DNA from: Notodromas monacha
Lineage: Eukaryota
Length of the DNA: 21,914 nt
Direction of reading: 5' to 3'
NCBI GenBank assembly: GCA_905338405.1
Contig: CAJPEX010000666.1
Coordinates: 65,741-87,654, forward strand
The position numbers and the translations under genes are program-made. Positions within the stretch are counted from its first letter, which is position 1, and every line of letters begins with the position of its first letter. Below are positions 9,727 to 18,575 of this stretch, in pieces. The notes under the pieces were generated by a model. It was given only the letters and a program-made list of their open reading frames with translations, did no database searches and was not told the origin of the DNA.

Positions 9727-9855
9727 GATCTAGGACAAATCGAGACAGACAATTGGGATGCATGTCCAATTTGATACAGAAACTTTTGGAGACCAGACAG
9801 AGTTTTGAGACATTTTGAGACAAGGACTATTTGGGACAGAAGCATTTCCTTGCTC
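9727..9855 (-). repeat. Left arm of foldback-like structure FB1: degenerate ~15-17-bp units containing GAGACAG, GGGACAG or GAGACA. These are the reverse complement of the 16-bp TGTCCCTGTCTC satellite.
   Basis: The sequence reads cgagacagacaattgggatg...ttggagaccagacagagttttgagacattttgagacaaggactatttgggacagaag. It is complementary to the units at 10056-10440. Confidence 0.6.
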
Positions 9856-10055
9856 TCATTCCTCTCTTTATCCATTGCAATACACTGTAATACAAATTAA
9901 AAATCAGAACATTCTTTATCATTTTTCTAAATGTTGGCAGAGGTAAACTGCACAAAATATTTTCTTATGACCAAGGCAAATCACACAAATTTCTATATAC
10001 TGTATAACAAATTGTAAAGAAAAAATATATATAGCGCACAAGCATTATATAATGG

Positions 10056-10440
10056 ACTGTCTCAAATTGTCCCTGTCTGATATTGTCCCTGTCTGATATT
10101 GTCCCTGTCTCATATTGCTCCTGTCTCATAGTGTCCCTGTCTCATATTTTCCCTGTCTCATATTGTCCCTGTCTCATATTGTCCCTGTCTCATATTGGCC
10201 CTGTCTCATATTGTCCCTGTCTCATATTGTCCCTTCTCCTATTGCCCCTGTCTCATATTGTCCCAGTCTCGTACTGTCCCTGTCTCTAAATGTCCATGAC
10301 TCCAACTGTCCCTGTCTCTAAATGTCCATGACTCCAATTGTCCCAGTCTCCAGAAGTTTCTATTGAAAATTGTCCCGCCTGTCTAAAATGTTCTGTCTTG
10401 ATTTGTCCAGTCTCAACTTGTCTGTCTTGATTTGTTAGTA
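10056..10440 (+). repeat. Right arm of FB1: tandem array of a 16-bp unit (TGTCCCTGTCTCATAT, with GATAT and AAAT variants), about 18 good copies, then degenerate copies (tgtcccagtctccag, tgtcccgcctgtctaaaatg, ttgtccagtctcaa).
   Basis: Direct reading. The six-frame ORFs 10083-10289 and 10115-10321 are only this array translated. Confidence 0.9.
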
Positions 10441-11321
10441 TTCCGTAAAAATACAACCCATATGTTCTGCAAACTCACTCTACAACAATTTTGTCTACAC
10501 AGATTTTCTTAGCATAACAAAATTCTTTTTTTGTCTTATATAGGGGTCCCTACAACAAAATTGTCTCTACAACAAATTTGTCTCTGGTCCCCTAAATTTT
10601 GTTGTTGAGAGTCCACCTGACCCTTATTTTTTTAGACATTGAACTTGATAATTTTTTTCAAAGATCTCAAAGTATGGATTAATAAAAATAATAATGCGCC
10701 AATCAGTTATCAACTGCGAATTCCCATTTGAACTGGGAGACTTTAAATTGAAAGACGCTTAAAATAACTTGAAGATCAATAATATTGCCTTGTCCATCCC
10801 AAGACAGGATCAGAAAATTTACAATAAATAGGGATCCAATTTTATAATGATTTGAGTATTTTCAGAATTGACAGGTAATATCTCAAAGAAAAGAGATGGT
10901 TAATTTTGGGATTGTAGTAATCCCCTCAATAATTGTTACATCCTACATTTTCAACACAAATTGCACACATTTCCTATTTGTTTTAGACTTAGAGGACCTT
11001 GATTTCTTGGTTGAGTGAGATACAAATTAGGCAATACAGTACTGTGATGATGAACTGCAATTTTATATTTGTTGAACCAAAAGAAACCACAGTATTCCAT
11101 TTACAGAAGCATGAAATCTTGAAGGATCAAGATAAATTTTTGGTCTTATATGATTTATCATCAAATATTCTCTCTAAATTGTTCATTCAACTAAAACTCA
11201 TACAGAAGCAGGCTGAAGACCTTGTGCTTTAAATACACTTTTACTGCTGCTTTGTCTTCAATATTGGGGGATGAGTGGGTGTATGCATACATTTCTGGAT
11301 GTCCAGTTTTATTTTGTGGAG

Positions 11322-11451
11322 TGTGTTCTATACAACCTTTCTTTCTTTCTGTCCGTTCTTTTTCGCACTTTATTATTTCCGTCTTTTTTGTTAATATTTG
11401 TTTGGTGTTTGTGTGCGCTTTTAGAGTGAGAGAGAGAGAGCGTCCTATGCA
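11322..11451 (+). repeat. Left copy of a ~130-bp inverted-repeat pair (CT/GA-microsatellite-containing) in the intron upstream of the HEXXH exon.
   Basis: Its reverse complement is near-identical to 12668-12797. The six-frame ORFs 11309-11509 (-) and 12616-12912 (+) contain an identical 41-residue peptide (HRTLSLSHSKSAHKHQTNINKKDGNNKVRKRTDRKKERLY), which can only arise from an inverted duplication. Confidence 0.85.
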
Positions 11452-11734
11452 GGAGTCTTGGTTGTGCCTTGTGAATGCTGAAAAGCTGCAAATAAAGTGT
11501 TCTGTTCATTCATTCATTCAGAAGCATGGGCATGGAAACAATAGTTTTGATCCAAAGAAAAGCTCCAACAATTTAAAATGAATAAAAACTATTTCAAATT
11601 ACTGTACGCTGTTGAGCAGAACGTAAAAATATCTTCTGTTTTTTTTAAAGAAACTCTGAAAAAAATGTTTTGAGTATGCGCTTTTAATCTTTGCCTTTAA
11701 CTACTTTCATTCCAATACAAATTCGCACATCCAG

Positions 11735-11918
11735 AGAACAGTATTTGCTGTTTGACGGGAAATTGCATTCAGCGGACGCCAAATTCGACATGGTCACGTC
11801 CGTGGCGCACGAAATGGCGCATCAGTGGTTCGGAGACTTGGTCACTCTCAAATGGTGGACGGATTTGTGGCTCAACGAAGGCTTCGCCACTTTCATGTCC
11901 TACGAAGGCATCAAAAAG
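11735..11918 (+). CDS. Exon of the M1 aminopeptidase gene carrying the catalytic zinc-binding motif: (R)[61 protein letters not shown].
   Basis: The peptide has HEMAH followed, exactly 18 residues later, by the E of WLNEGFA, which is the canonical gluzincin M1 motif. The acceptor is attcgcacatccag|A (AG at 11733-11734). The donor is AAG|GTCAGC (GT at 11919). The phase 2 left by the GAMEN exon is completed to RE, as in the conserved motif GLVT(Y/F)RE. Confidence 0.9.
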
Positions 11919-12667
11919 GTCAGCAACCTTTGTTCTATCTTTCCTCAAACCCCTCAGCATTAAAATATAAAAAAAAATAATATCCAGGAAATAAAAAAAA
12001 AGGAAGAGAGAAAAAACGACCAGGAAATGATTGATGATGAACCGCGCGTTACTGTGTTCTCTCGTTTAACTCGCGAAGACGCAGAAACGGTTCGAATGTA
12101 ACTTTGTAAACACGCCACAGGAAAGATAAAGTAAGGGATACATTCCTTCCATTTTTTTTTCACAGAACAGGTGAAAAAAATATTGATAAAAATATGCCCA
12201 GCAACAGTTCCAAGGTCGAACCTCTTATACTATACGAGCCGCTTTGACTGTGTCAACATCCGTCTTGCGCAGTATTATATGGACAATGGCCACAGTTGCC
12301 CCCAAGGCACCAAAAAATAAAAAATAAATAAATGAAGATGAAAAGGGATTTCTATATCACTCAGTTCCTCTTCCATGAACCAGCTTTGCTTCAGCAGAGT
12401 TAAAAAAAAAATGAAGCACAACAGTTGAACTTCTTCAAGTGAAACTTCAATAAGGGACCAGTAGCAATTGTGCTGGGTTCTGTTAAGCTCCAATATAGGT
12501 TTGAAGAAAGAAGAAATAACTTTTCAACGCAATTTACTCCAAGATCCATCTTGTTCCCTGGGGAAACCCAGCCCAAAGAGACAGAAATACCCTCATCTAG
12601 AATTGAAGCTAACAGTTGCGAAGCCCGTTAAACCCGGGGAATCCCTCAATTCCGTGTCAGGTGAAAA

Positions 12668-12797
12668 TTCAGATGCATAGGACGCTCTCTCTCTCTCACT
12701 CTAAAAGCGCACACAAACACCAAACAAATATTAACAAAAAAGACGGAAATAATAAAGTGCGAAAAAGAACGGACAGAAAGAAAGAAAGGTTGTATAT
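12668..12797 (-). repeat. Right copy of the inverted-repeat pair, in the intron downstream of the HEXXH exon.
   Basis: Same evidence as the left copy. The pair flanks exon 11735-11918 at distances of ~285 bp upstream and ~750 bp downstream. Confidence 0.85.
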
Positions 12798-14021
12798 ACA
12801 GTATGTATGTGTGCGCAGCATTTGGTCAGTATATGAATACAGCGTCCCTGCGCTCACACCCACCAGACCATTTTCCAAGCACACAAAACGAATTCGTTAC
12901 TTATGCAAATGAGCTTCTTCTTCTAGGCGTGACAAACCTACCGATCGCCGAACCTCTTGAACTCATGAGTGGAAGGAAAGAGCGTGAAGGTCTTCAACTT
13001 GTAAAGCACCGCGTTCGAAAAAACCAACTGCTGAGAGGATTGAACTTGCAATAAATAAGGCACCTTTAAATCAGGGCATTGAAAAAAAAAACGGTTACCT
13101 TATGGAAAAGTGTTTTCGAGAGGTGTAAAACTTTTTTTTTTGAAAAAAGGGAAAAAGGCATTTCTATCATGGCCGCGCAATATTTTTGGAAATCTGTTTT
13201 ATAGAGAAAAAAGACATTTCAACTGTGATGATGAAACTAAAAAAATTTGATTTGCCTGTATTTTAATTTAATTATTTCTTCGAATAATAACTCTTGAAAT
13301 CAGAATGATCACCTTTTTATCTGAAAAATTCAAAATTTATTTTTTGCTTAACTGTAATTTTTGTTTTATATTCGAAAAACCCAAAGCTGCTTTAAACTTT
13401 TCAACATGCACTTTAAAGTACACGTATCTTATTTGAATCGATTTGATCAAGTTTGAATGAGAGAAAATATTGCTTATGCATGAAATTTGTGATAAAAAAA
13501 GTTGGTCCAAATTCTGCAAGATCAGAATTGGATTTTCTTGTTGTTATGTTAATATTACTGTACTCCATTTTTCAGCCTGCATCGTCGGAATCAGCTTCAA
13601 AGAAACAAAACCCTTTCAAAATGTGCAGCGAAAATAATTGGGATGTAAAAAGGGTTTCGGCAGTCATCCTTCACTCATTTTCTAAAATGTGTCTGTGATG
13701 AATAATCTTCGATCCATCATCGTTTTCCGATTATAAATGGTACAGTACTACAATGCTCCTCCATTTTTTTGTTTGCCTTTTCCAGTATTGAACAGTGCTT
13801 TGTGAATAATTGAGTTTCAGTCGCTTGAAAAAATAAATGCAAGTACAAGTATACAAGCCATACGGGCATACATAAAGTTCAGAAGATTCCATCAACAGAC
13901 ATAAGATAAAGAACCAAAAAATCCAATTGAAACATCTGTATTTGAATGTATAAGAGCAGATTCATGCATGAATCATCATCATCCTGTGAAGGAAATTTCA
14001 TTATGACAAATCATGTTACAA

Positions 14022-14407
14022 GGTTATCCTTGATAACTTGAACCTCCCTAAGTCAAATAACCCCCTAAGTTGAATTTTTTCAGTACCCCATCTGAATCCC
14101 CTTTGAAACAATCCATTAAAAACCCTCCCTAAGTCAAAAGCTTTTCCCCTTAAACCTCCATAAGTAGAATATCCCGTGGCCTGTTGGACATTATTTTCTT
14201 GACCCAAGAAAGAAAAACAGCAATAAAAACAGAAATCCATGCGTTTGAAAGGAAGTGAAAGACTTAATTAGGCAAATGAACCCCTACCTCCAAGTTTAGC
14301 AGCCTTTCAACTCATTTAAGAAGCCATTTAAGCCCCAGAATATCACCATTTAAAATTTTTCAAAGTTTCCCTAAAATAAGGGCTTTGCATTGTAGTTCAA
14401 ACCCATA
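14022..14407 (+). mobile_element. Partial family 1 copy (D; subfamily with internal block ctccataagtagaatatcccgtggcctgttggacattattttcttgacccaagaaag), directly followed by copy C.
   Basis: It begins caaggttatccttgataacttgaacctccctaagtcaaat (a diverged 5' end) and shares the blocks caaatgaacccctacctccaagtttagcagc and ccccagaatatcaccattta. It lacks the 3' TIR. Confidence 0.55.
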
Positions 14408-14995
14408 TACAGTTGAACCTTGTTAAGTCAAACCTTCCTAAGTCAAATACCTCCCTAACTTGAATTTTTTAAAAGTCCCTGTCTATATTCCCTTTGAAAC
14501 AATGCATTAAAAACCTCACTAACTGGAAGTATTTTTTTCTCAAACCTCTGTAAGTCAAATTTCCTGAAGCCTTTTGGTTATTATTTCCTTGAAATATGGA
14601 AGACATCATCCATAAAGCAAATGATTTTATGCACCTCCCTAAAACAAAAGCTTTTCCCCTCAAACCTCCATAAGTAGAATTTTCTGTGGCCTGTATTGGC
14701 CATTATTTTCTTGATCCAAGAAAGAAAAAAAGCAATAATAACAGAAATCCATGTGTTTGAAATGAAGTGAAACACTAATTGAACTAATGAACCCCTGCCT
14801 CCAAGTTCAGCAAGCTGTAATCTCATTAAAGGAGCAATTTTAGGCCCAGAATATCCTCATCTACAATTTCCCACATTTTTTTTAACTTTTCCTTCCAGCA
14901 AAATGTGTTTCCTTTACTCAAAAAATCAAAACCTCCCTTAGTCAAAAATTTTTGCAGGTCCCTTGAAATTCGACTTATAGAGAGGTTTGACTGTA
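14408..14995 (+). mobile_element. MITE-like family 1 element, copy C (full length, ~588 bp). Its TIRs are TACAGTTGAACCT ... AGGTTTGACTGTA.
   Basis: Both termini are present and inversely complementary. An internal paralogous block (14640-14760) shows this copy contains a duplicated segment of the kind found in copy D. Confidence 0.7.
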
Positions 14996-15248
14996 ATAAA
15001 ACATGCACTGAATAACCATGAAAGTTCAAGTTTTCTCCATATGTGTAATACAATCGTAACAAGACCGATTGGCGGTATCTTTAAACAAATTTATGGAAGA
15101 GCCGGTGTCCCTCAAGATGAATGGTTCTGACCTTTCGGTGTCCAGCTGGTCCGTCGGTGGTGCAATCATCCAAGTTGCCCAGTAAAGCACCGAGAATTTA
15201 GGATTCACTTCTCGGAATACCTTGGGATGCCAACGCGTAATAAAATAC

Positions 15249-15284
15249 ATGGGGGGGGGGGGGGGGGGGGGGGGAGGACAAACG
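15249..15284. repeat. Homopolymer: 26 consecutive G, then AGG (gggggggggggggggggggggggggaggaca).
   Basis: Direct reading. Shorter G/C runs occur at 9036-9047 (G11), 20892-20912 (G17 A G4) and 17645-17656 (C12). Confidence 0.95.
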
Positions 15285-15410
15285 CATGGATTTCTGTTTT
15301 TATTGCTGTTTTTCTTTCTTGGGTCAAGAAAATAATGTCCAACAGGCCACGGGATATTCTACTTATGGAGGTTTAAGGGGAAAAGCTTTTGACTTAGGGA
15401 GGGTTATAGA
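15285..15410 (-). mobile_element. Inverted (minus-orientation) fragment of family 1 (subfamily 1b block), immediately downstream of a 26-nt poly-G tract.
   Basis: Positions 15285-15400 are the reverse complement of 14110-14245 (aaaccctccctaagtcaaaagcttttcccc...acagaaatccatgcgtttg). Confidence 0.75.
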
Positions 15411-15835
15411 GTTCCATTTTCAAGTTCTGCTTTGTACAAGCAAAAATAAAAGGATTGGGTAATTCGGAAATGGTTTTAGTGGTCGAAACAAGAAGCAAAG
15501 GATATATACTAATAAACTAAATGCTTCCTTTCGCTCGTGTGAGAACTGGGCGACGAGGATAAAATGCCCAAGGATAACATTTGGTATCGAAAAAAAAACC
15601 CACGCCGAATAAAATAATAATAAAAACATGGTATCAAAGTCAGGCAATAATTCCATCTATTTAAAAGTAAATTACTGAGATTCATTCATTTGAATCCAAA
15701 CGCGCAATAATAGAGAAGAAGGGTAGAGTTCAAATTTTATATTTTGCTAGAGAAGGAAAAGATGGGGAATTCGTGAATGATCCCAGTGAACAAAACAAAA
15801 AGCAATGGATGCCAATAAAGAAATTCAAATCTTCT

Positions 15836-16020
15836 ACAGTACAGTGAGACCCCAATATGCGGACACCCCAATATATATATGGACATTTCAACTTAGGGTC
15901 ACTTGAAAGCCAAACAAAAAATCAGGCCCAACATACAGAAATTGGTTTGAGTTAGGGACATTTTTCTGAAATTTCCCCAAAAATTCAAAACTTTAAAAAA
16001 TTTTGATGTACAGTATTTCA
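15836..16020 (+). mobile_element. 5' portion of a family 2 element (copy 2C): tacagtacagtgagaccccaatatgcggacacccc...acttagggtcac...gagttagggacat.
   Basis: It matches the 5' TIR and GGACA-rich 5' half of copies 2A and 2B. No matching 3' TIR was found downstream, so it is truncated. Confidence 0.5.
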
Positions 16021-16109
16021 AAGAAATCAAGCTATTAATTTGTGTTCACAAGAATTGAAAAAAATATATTCAATGATAAACTCACTCTAATCCATAATCA
16101 AAATCAAGC

Positions 16110-16811
16110 TGAAACCACTGTAAGTTGAATTTTCTGTGGCCTGTTGGCTTTTATTTTCTTTACGCAAAAAAAAAAAGAAAAAGCAATAACATCAGAAATT
16201 TATGTGTTTCAAAATAGGTGAAAGACTTAATTGAGCAAATGAACCCCTGCCTCCAAGTTCAGCAGCCTTTCAACTCATTTAAGAATCCATTTCAACCCCA
16301 GAATATCACCATTTACATTTTTTCCAAAATTCCCTGAAAAAATGGCTTTGTATTGTAGTTTGAACCAATATACCTGTATTTACTCAAGTACCACGCGCCC
16401 TAAAGTAAGGCATGCACTGGCTTTTTTCAGTTGGAAATTTGGCTAAAATTGTATCCCCAAGTATGACTTGCACCCCAAACAAAATTTTGAAAATAGAAAG
16501 AAAAAGTTTGACGTTAGACATGAATTTAACAAAAATCTGAACAATTTTCAACTTTTTCAGTACAAAAAAGTTTTCTTGTCACTTTTTTTCCAATTTCTCC
16601 ATATATGATTAAGTATAATGCAGATAGAACTTTCTAAAAATTCTTCAAAAATTTGTACCCGCTTATGACGCGTACCCCTTCTTTTCTTCTGAAATTTGAG
16701 AGAAAAGGTGCGCTTGGTACTTGAGTAAATACGGTAATTCAAAACCTCACAAAGTCAAATTCATTTGCTGGTCCCTTGAAATTCAACTAAGAGAGGTTCA
16801 ACTGTATAATT
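16110..16811 (+). mobile_element. Rearranged family 1 copy (E). It has a subfamily 1b 5' part and a 3' TIR ending gagaggttcaactgta, and is interrupted by a nested family 3 element.
   Basis: Positions 16110-16373 are collinear with 14150-14405. Positions 16735-16811 (ggtaattcaaaacctcacaaagtcaaattcatttgctggtcccttgaaattcaactaagagaggttcaactgta) match the 3' ends of copies A, B and C. Confidence 0.55.
16374..16734 (+). mobile_element. MITE-like family 3 element (~360 bp) nested in family 1 copy E. It has 26-bp near-perfect TIRs: CTGTATTTACTCAAGTACCACGCGCC ... GGTGCGCTTGGTACTTGAGTAAATACGG.
   Basis: Direct reading. The termini are reverse complements with 2 mismatches. The interior is AT-rich and non-coding. 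The host element sequence resumes on the far side. Confidence 0.7.
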
Positions 16812-17089
16812 ACAGGATTTAAAAAAATACAAGCACTGCATTATTTCTGAGCATGCAAGGAACAAGAGAATCATTCCAGAGGACACTGTTGACAGCCTAA
16901 AAATAACCCAGACAGCTCATAAATGTTTCATCACTTACTCATGTATTCCAATATTGCAATCCGGACCATATCTAAAATCTAACCCCATCTCAAGATAATA
17001 AATATTCGAAATGCGTTTCTCATCATCCATCGTCTGTCAAACTGAGCTGAATCCTTTTTTTTTTAACGCTGGGATTTATTTTTTTCCAG

Positions 17090-17246
17090 TATGCTCCGAA
17101 TTGGCCAATGGATGAACTCTTCTTAGTGGACATGACTCAAAATGCTCTGGAACTCGACTGTCTCCTCTCATCGCATGCTGTCATGGTTCCAGTGGAACAT
17201 CCAGACGAAATCGCAGAAATTTTCGACGTCATTTCGTACGAAAAAG
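17090..17246 (+). CDS. Exon of the M1 aminopeptidase gene: YAPNWPMDELFLVDMTQNALELDCLLSSHAVMVPVEHPDEIAEIFDVISYEK(G).
   Basis: The acceptor is atttatttttttccag|T (AG at 17088-17089). The donor is AAG|GTAAAA (GT at 17247). The peptide matches the conserved M1 block Y..P.W...L....D.L.SSHP......EI.E.FD.ISY.KG. The exon leaves in phase 1 (the Gly codon is split). Confidence 0.85.
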
Positions 17247-17539
17247 GTAAAAAAAATAAAATCGTACAGCTAAACCATACAAAGACTTCATTGAGAAAAA
17301 AAAGCCTTCCAGAAACGTTGCTTTTCGCGCTTTTTTCTTTCTTTCTCGAAATAGCTCGCAGTTCTTCTTCTCTTATATCGAAATGATCCCCTCGAAATTT
17401 TTTTTTTGCTAATTTTCAAGTGGTTCCGTTTTCGAATCTGCAAATTTTAAATGCTGGTGCTCATTATGTTTATTAACAACAAGACTAGAGGAAGAAATTA
17501 TCGTCAATATTAGGTTTATTGGTGCTTGGCGAGATCCAA

Positions 17540-17578
17540 GCACCAATTACGTCCGCATCTCGGGGCCCCGTTGTATTT
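17540..17578 (+). mobile_element. Solo 3' end fragment of family 2 (gcaccaattacgtccgcatctcggggccccgttgta) in the intron between the last two exons.
   Basis: It is nearly identical to the 3' end of copy 2A (gcaccaattatgtccgcatctggggcctcagtgta). Confidence 0.5.
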
Positions 17579-17789
17579 CTCGTTACGATTCCACAATTTT
17601 TAAAGTAGATGTCGCTGCTTGATCCCCAAAATAACTCTGTTGTCCCCCCCCCCCCTCTCAACGTCACTTCATTTCCAGAACCACTGACCTCTACTCCTGG
17701 GCATCCTCAACGTGAATGGTTTTTAGCTTGTTAGTAGATGTCGCTGTATGTTCCAAAAACTAGTTACAGTTATTTATTCGCAATCACAG

Positions 17790-18061
17790 GAGCAGCGCTG
17801 TTACGCATGATGCAGCATTCACTCGGACCCAACACGTTCTTTGACGGCGTTCGTCATTATATCGGTAATTTTTCGTATCGAAATGCGGAATCAGATGACC
17901 TGTGGCTCCACATTGAGTACCAGGCACGCCAAGACGCCGCCATTCCGCATGACATGAACGTGAAAGGTGTTATGGACACTTGGACTCTGAAGCAGGGATA
18001 TCCGGTGGTAACACTGGTGCGCAATTACAGTGATCCTCGCGGGATGGCGATCATTACACAG
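17790..18061 (+). CDS. Exon of the M1 aminopeptidase gene: (G)AALLRMMQHSLGPNTFFDGVRHYIGNFSYRNAESDDLWLHIEYQARQDAAIPHDMNVKGVMDTWTLKQGYPVVTLVRNYSDPRGMAIITQ.
   Basis: The acceptor is ttatttattcgcaatcacag|G (AG at 17788-17789). The donor is CAG|GTTCGT (GT at 18062). The peptide matches SY.KGA..LRML...L....F..G...Y...F.Y.N....LW.......TWTLQ.G(F/Y)PV.T. The six-frame ORF 17738-18238 reads on into the intron; the true exon stops at the donor. Confidence 0.85.
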
Positions 18062-18395
18062 GTTCGTGTGACTAATCAATTGTTAATTAGAGTTGCATTT
18101 CCAGAAATCAACAGCCCACTACTCTTCCTATATGTGACCAAAATGGCACAAAAAGGCGGAATTTCGAAAAATAAAACACTTTCCTCCCTTCCAGGAATCC
18201 GCGGGGCACCTGATTGGCTGAAAGCCACAGGTGACTGATTCTATTACGCAATAAACATGGACTGCCATCTAATGGCAGTCCAGAATTTGAATACTCTCAA
18301 AAGTTCTAAAACATTCTCGATTACTCGAGAGAATTAAAAGTGCGTGACGTCATGGGCAGTCTAATTATTCCGTCACACTATACTTCAAATACAAT

Positions 18396-18575
18396 ACAGC
18401 ATATCCCTTATGTCAAATCTTTTTTTTTTTCCAATTTCCTGTCTGATTTCCTGTATTTTCCTTACAAACAATGCATTTAGAACTTCCCAAACTTGAAGGT
18501 TCTCTTACTTAAATCTCTATGGCTCAAATTTTCCATCAGAGGCATTTTGGCTATAATTTTACTGACACAGAGAAG
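18396..18575 (+). mobile_element. Diverged 5' fragment of a family 1 element in the intron after the last exon in the window.
   Basis: acaatacagcatatcccttatgtcaaatc-(T)n-ccaatttcctgtctgatttcc...caatgcatttagaacttcccaaacttgaag...ggcattttggctataatttt parallels the order of the 5' blocks in copies A and B. Confidence 0.4.

Noticed and set aside
10083-10321. Two overlapping 68-aa ORFs (SLSHIVPVSYCPCLILSLSH...)
   Set aside because: They are translations of the 16-bp TGTCCCTGTCTCATAT satellite in two frames.
11309-12912. ORFs 11309-11509 (-) and 12616-12912 (+) sharing an identical 41-aa peptide
   Set aside because: The identity results from the inverted repeat pair. The sequence is CT/GA microsatellite plus AT-rich DNA with no coding features and no codon bias like the real exons.
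17738-18238. 166-aa ORF treated as a single CDS
   Set aside because: Only 17790-18061 is exon. The ORF start lies in the intron upstream of the acceptor, and the 3' part (VRVTNQLLIRVAFPEI...) follows a strong donor CAG|GTTCGT and loses similarity to M1 proteins.
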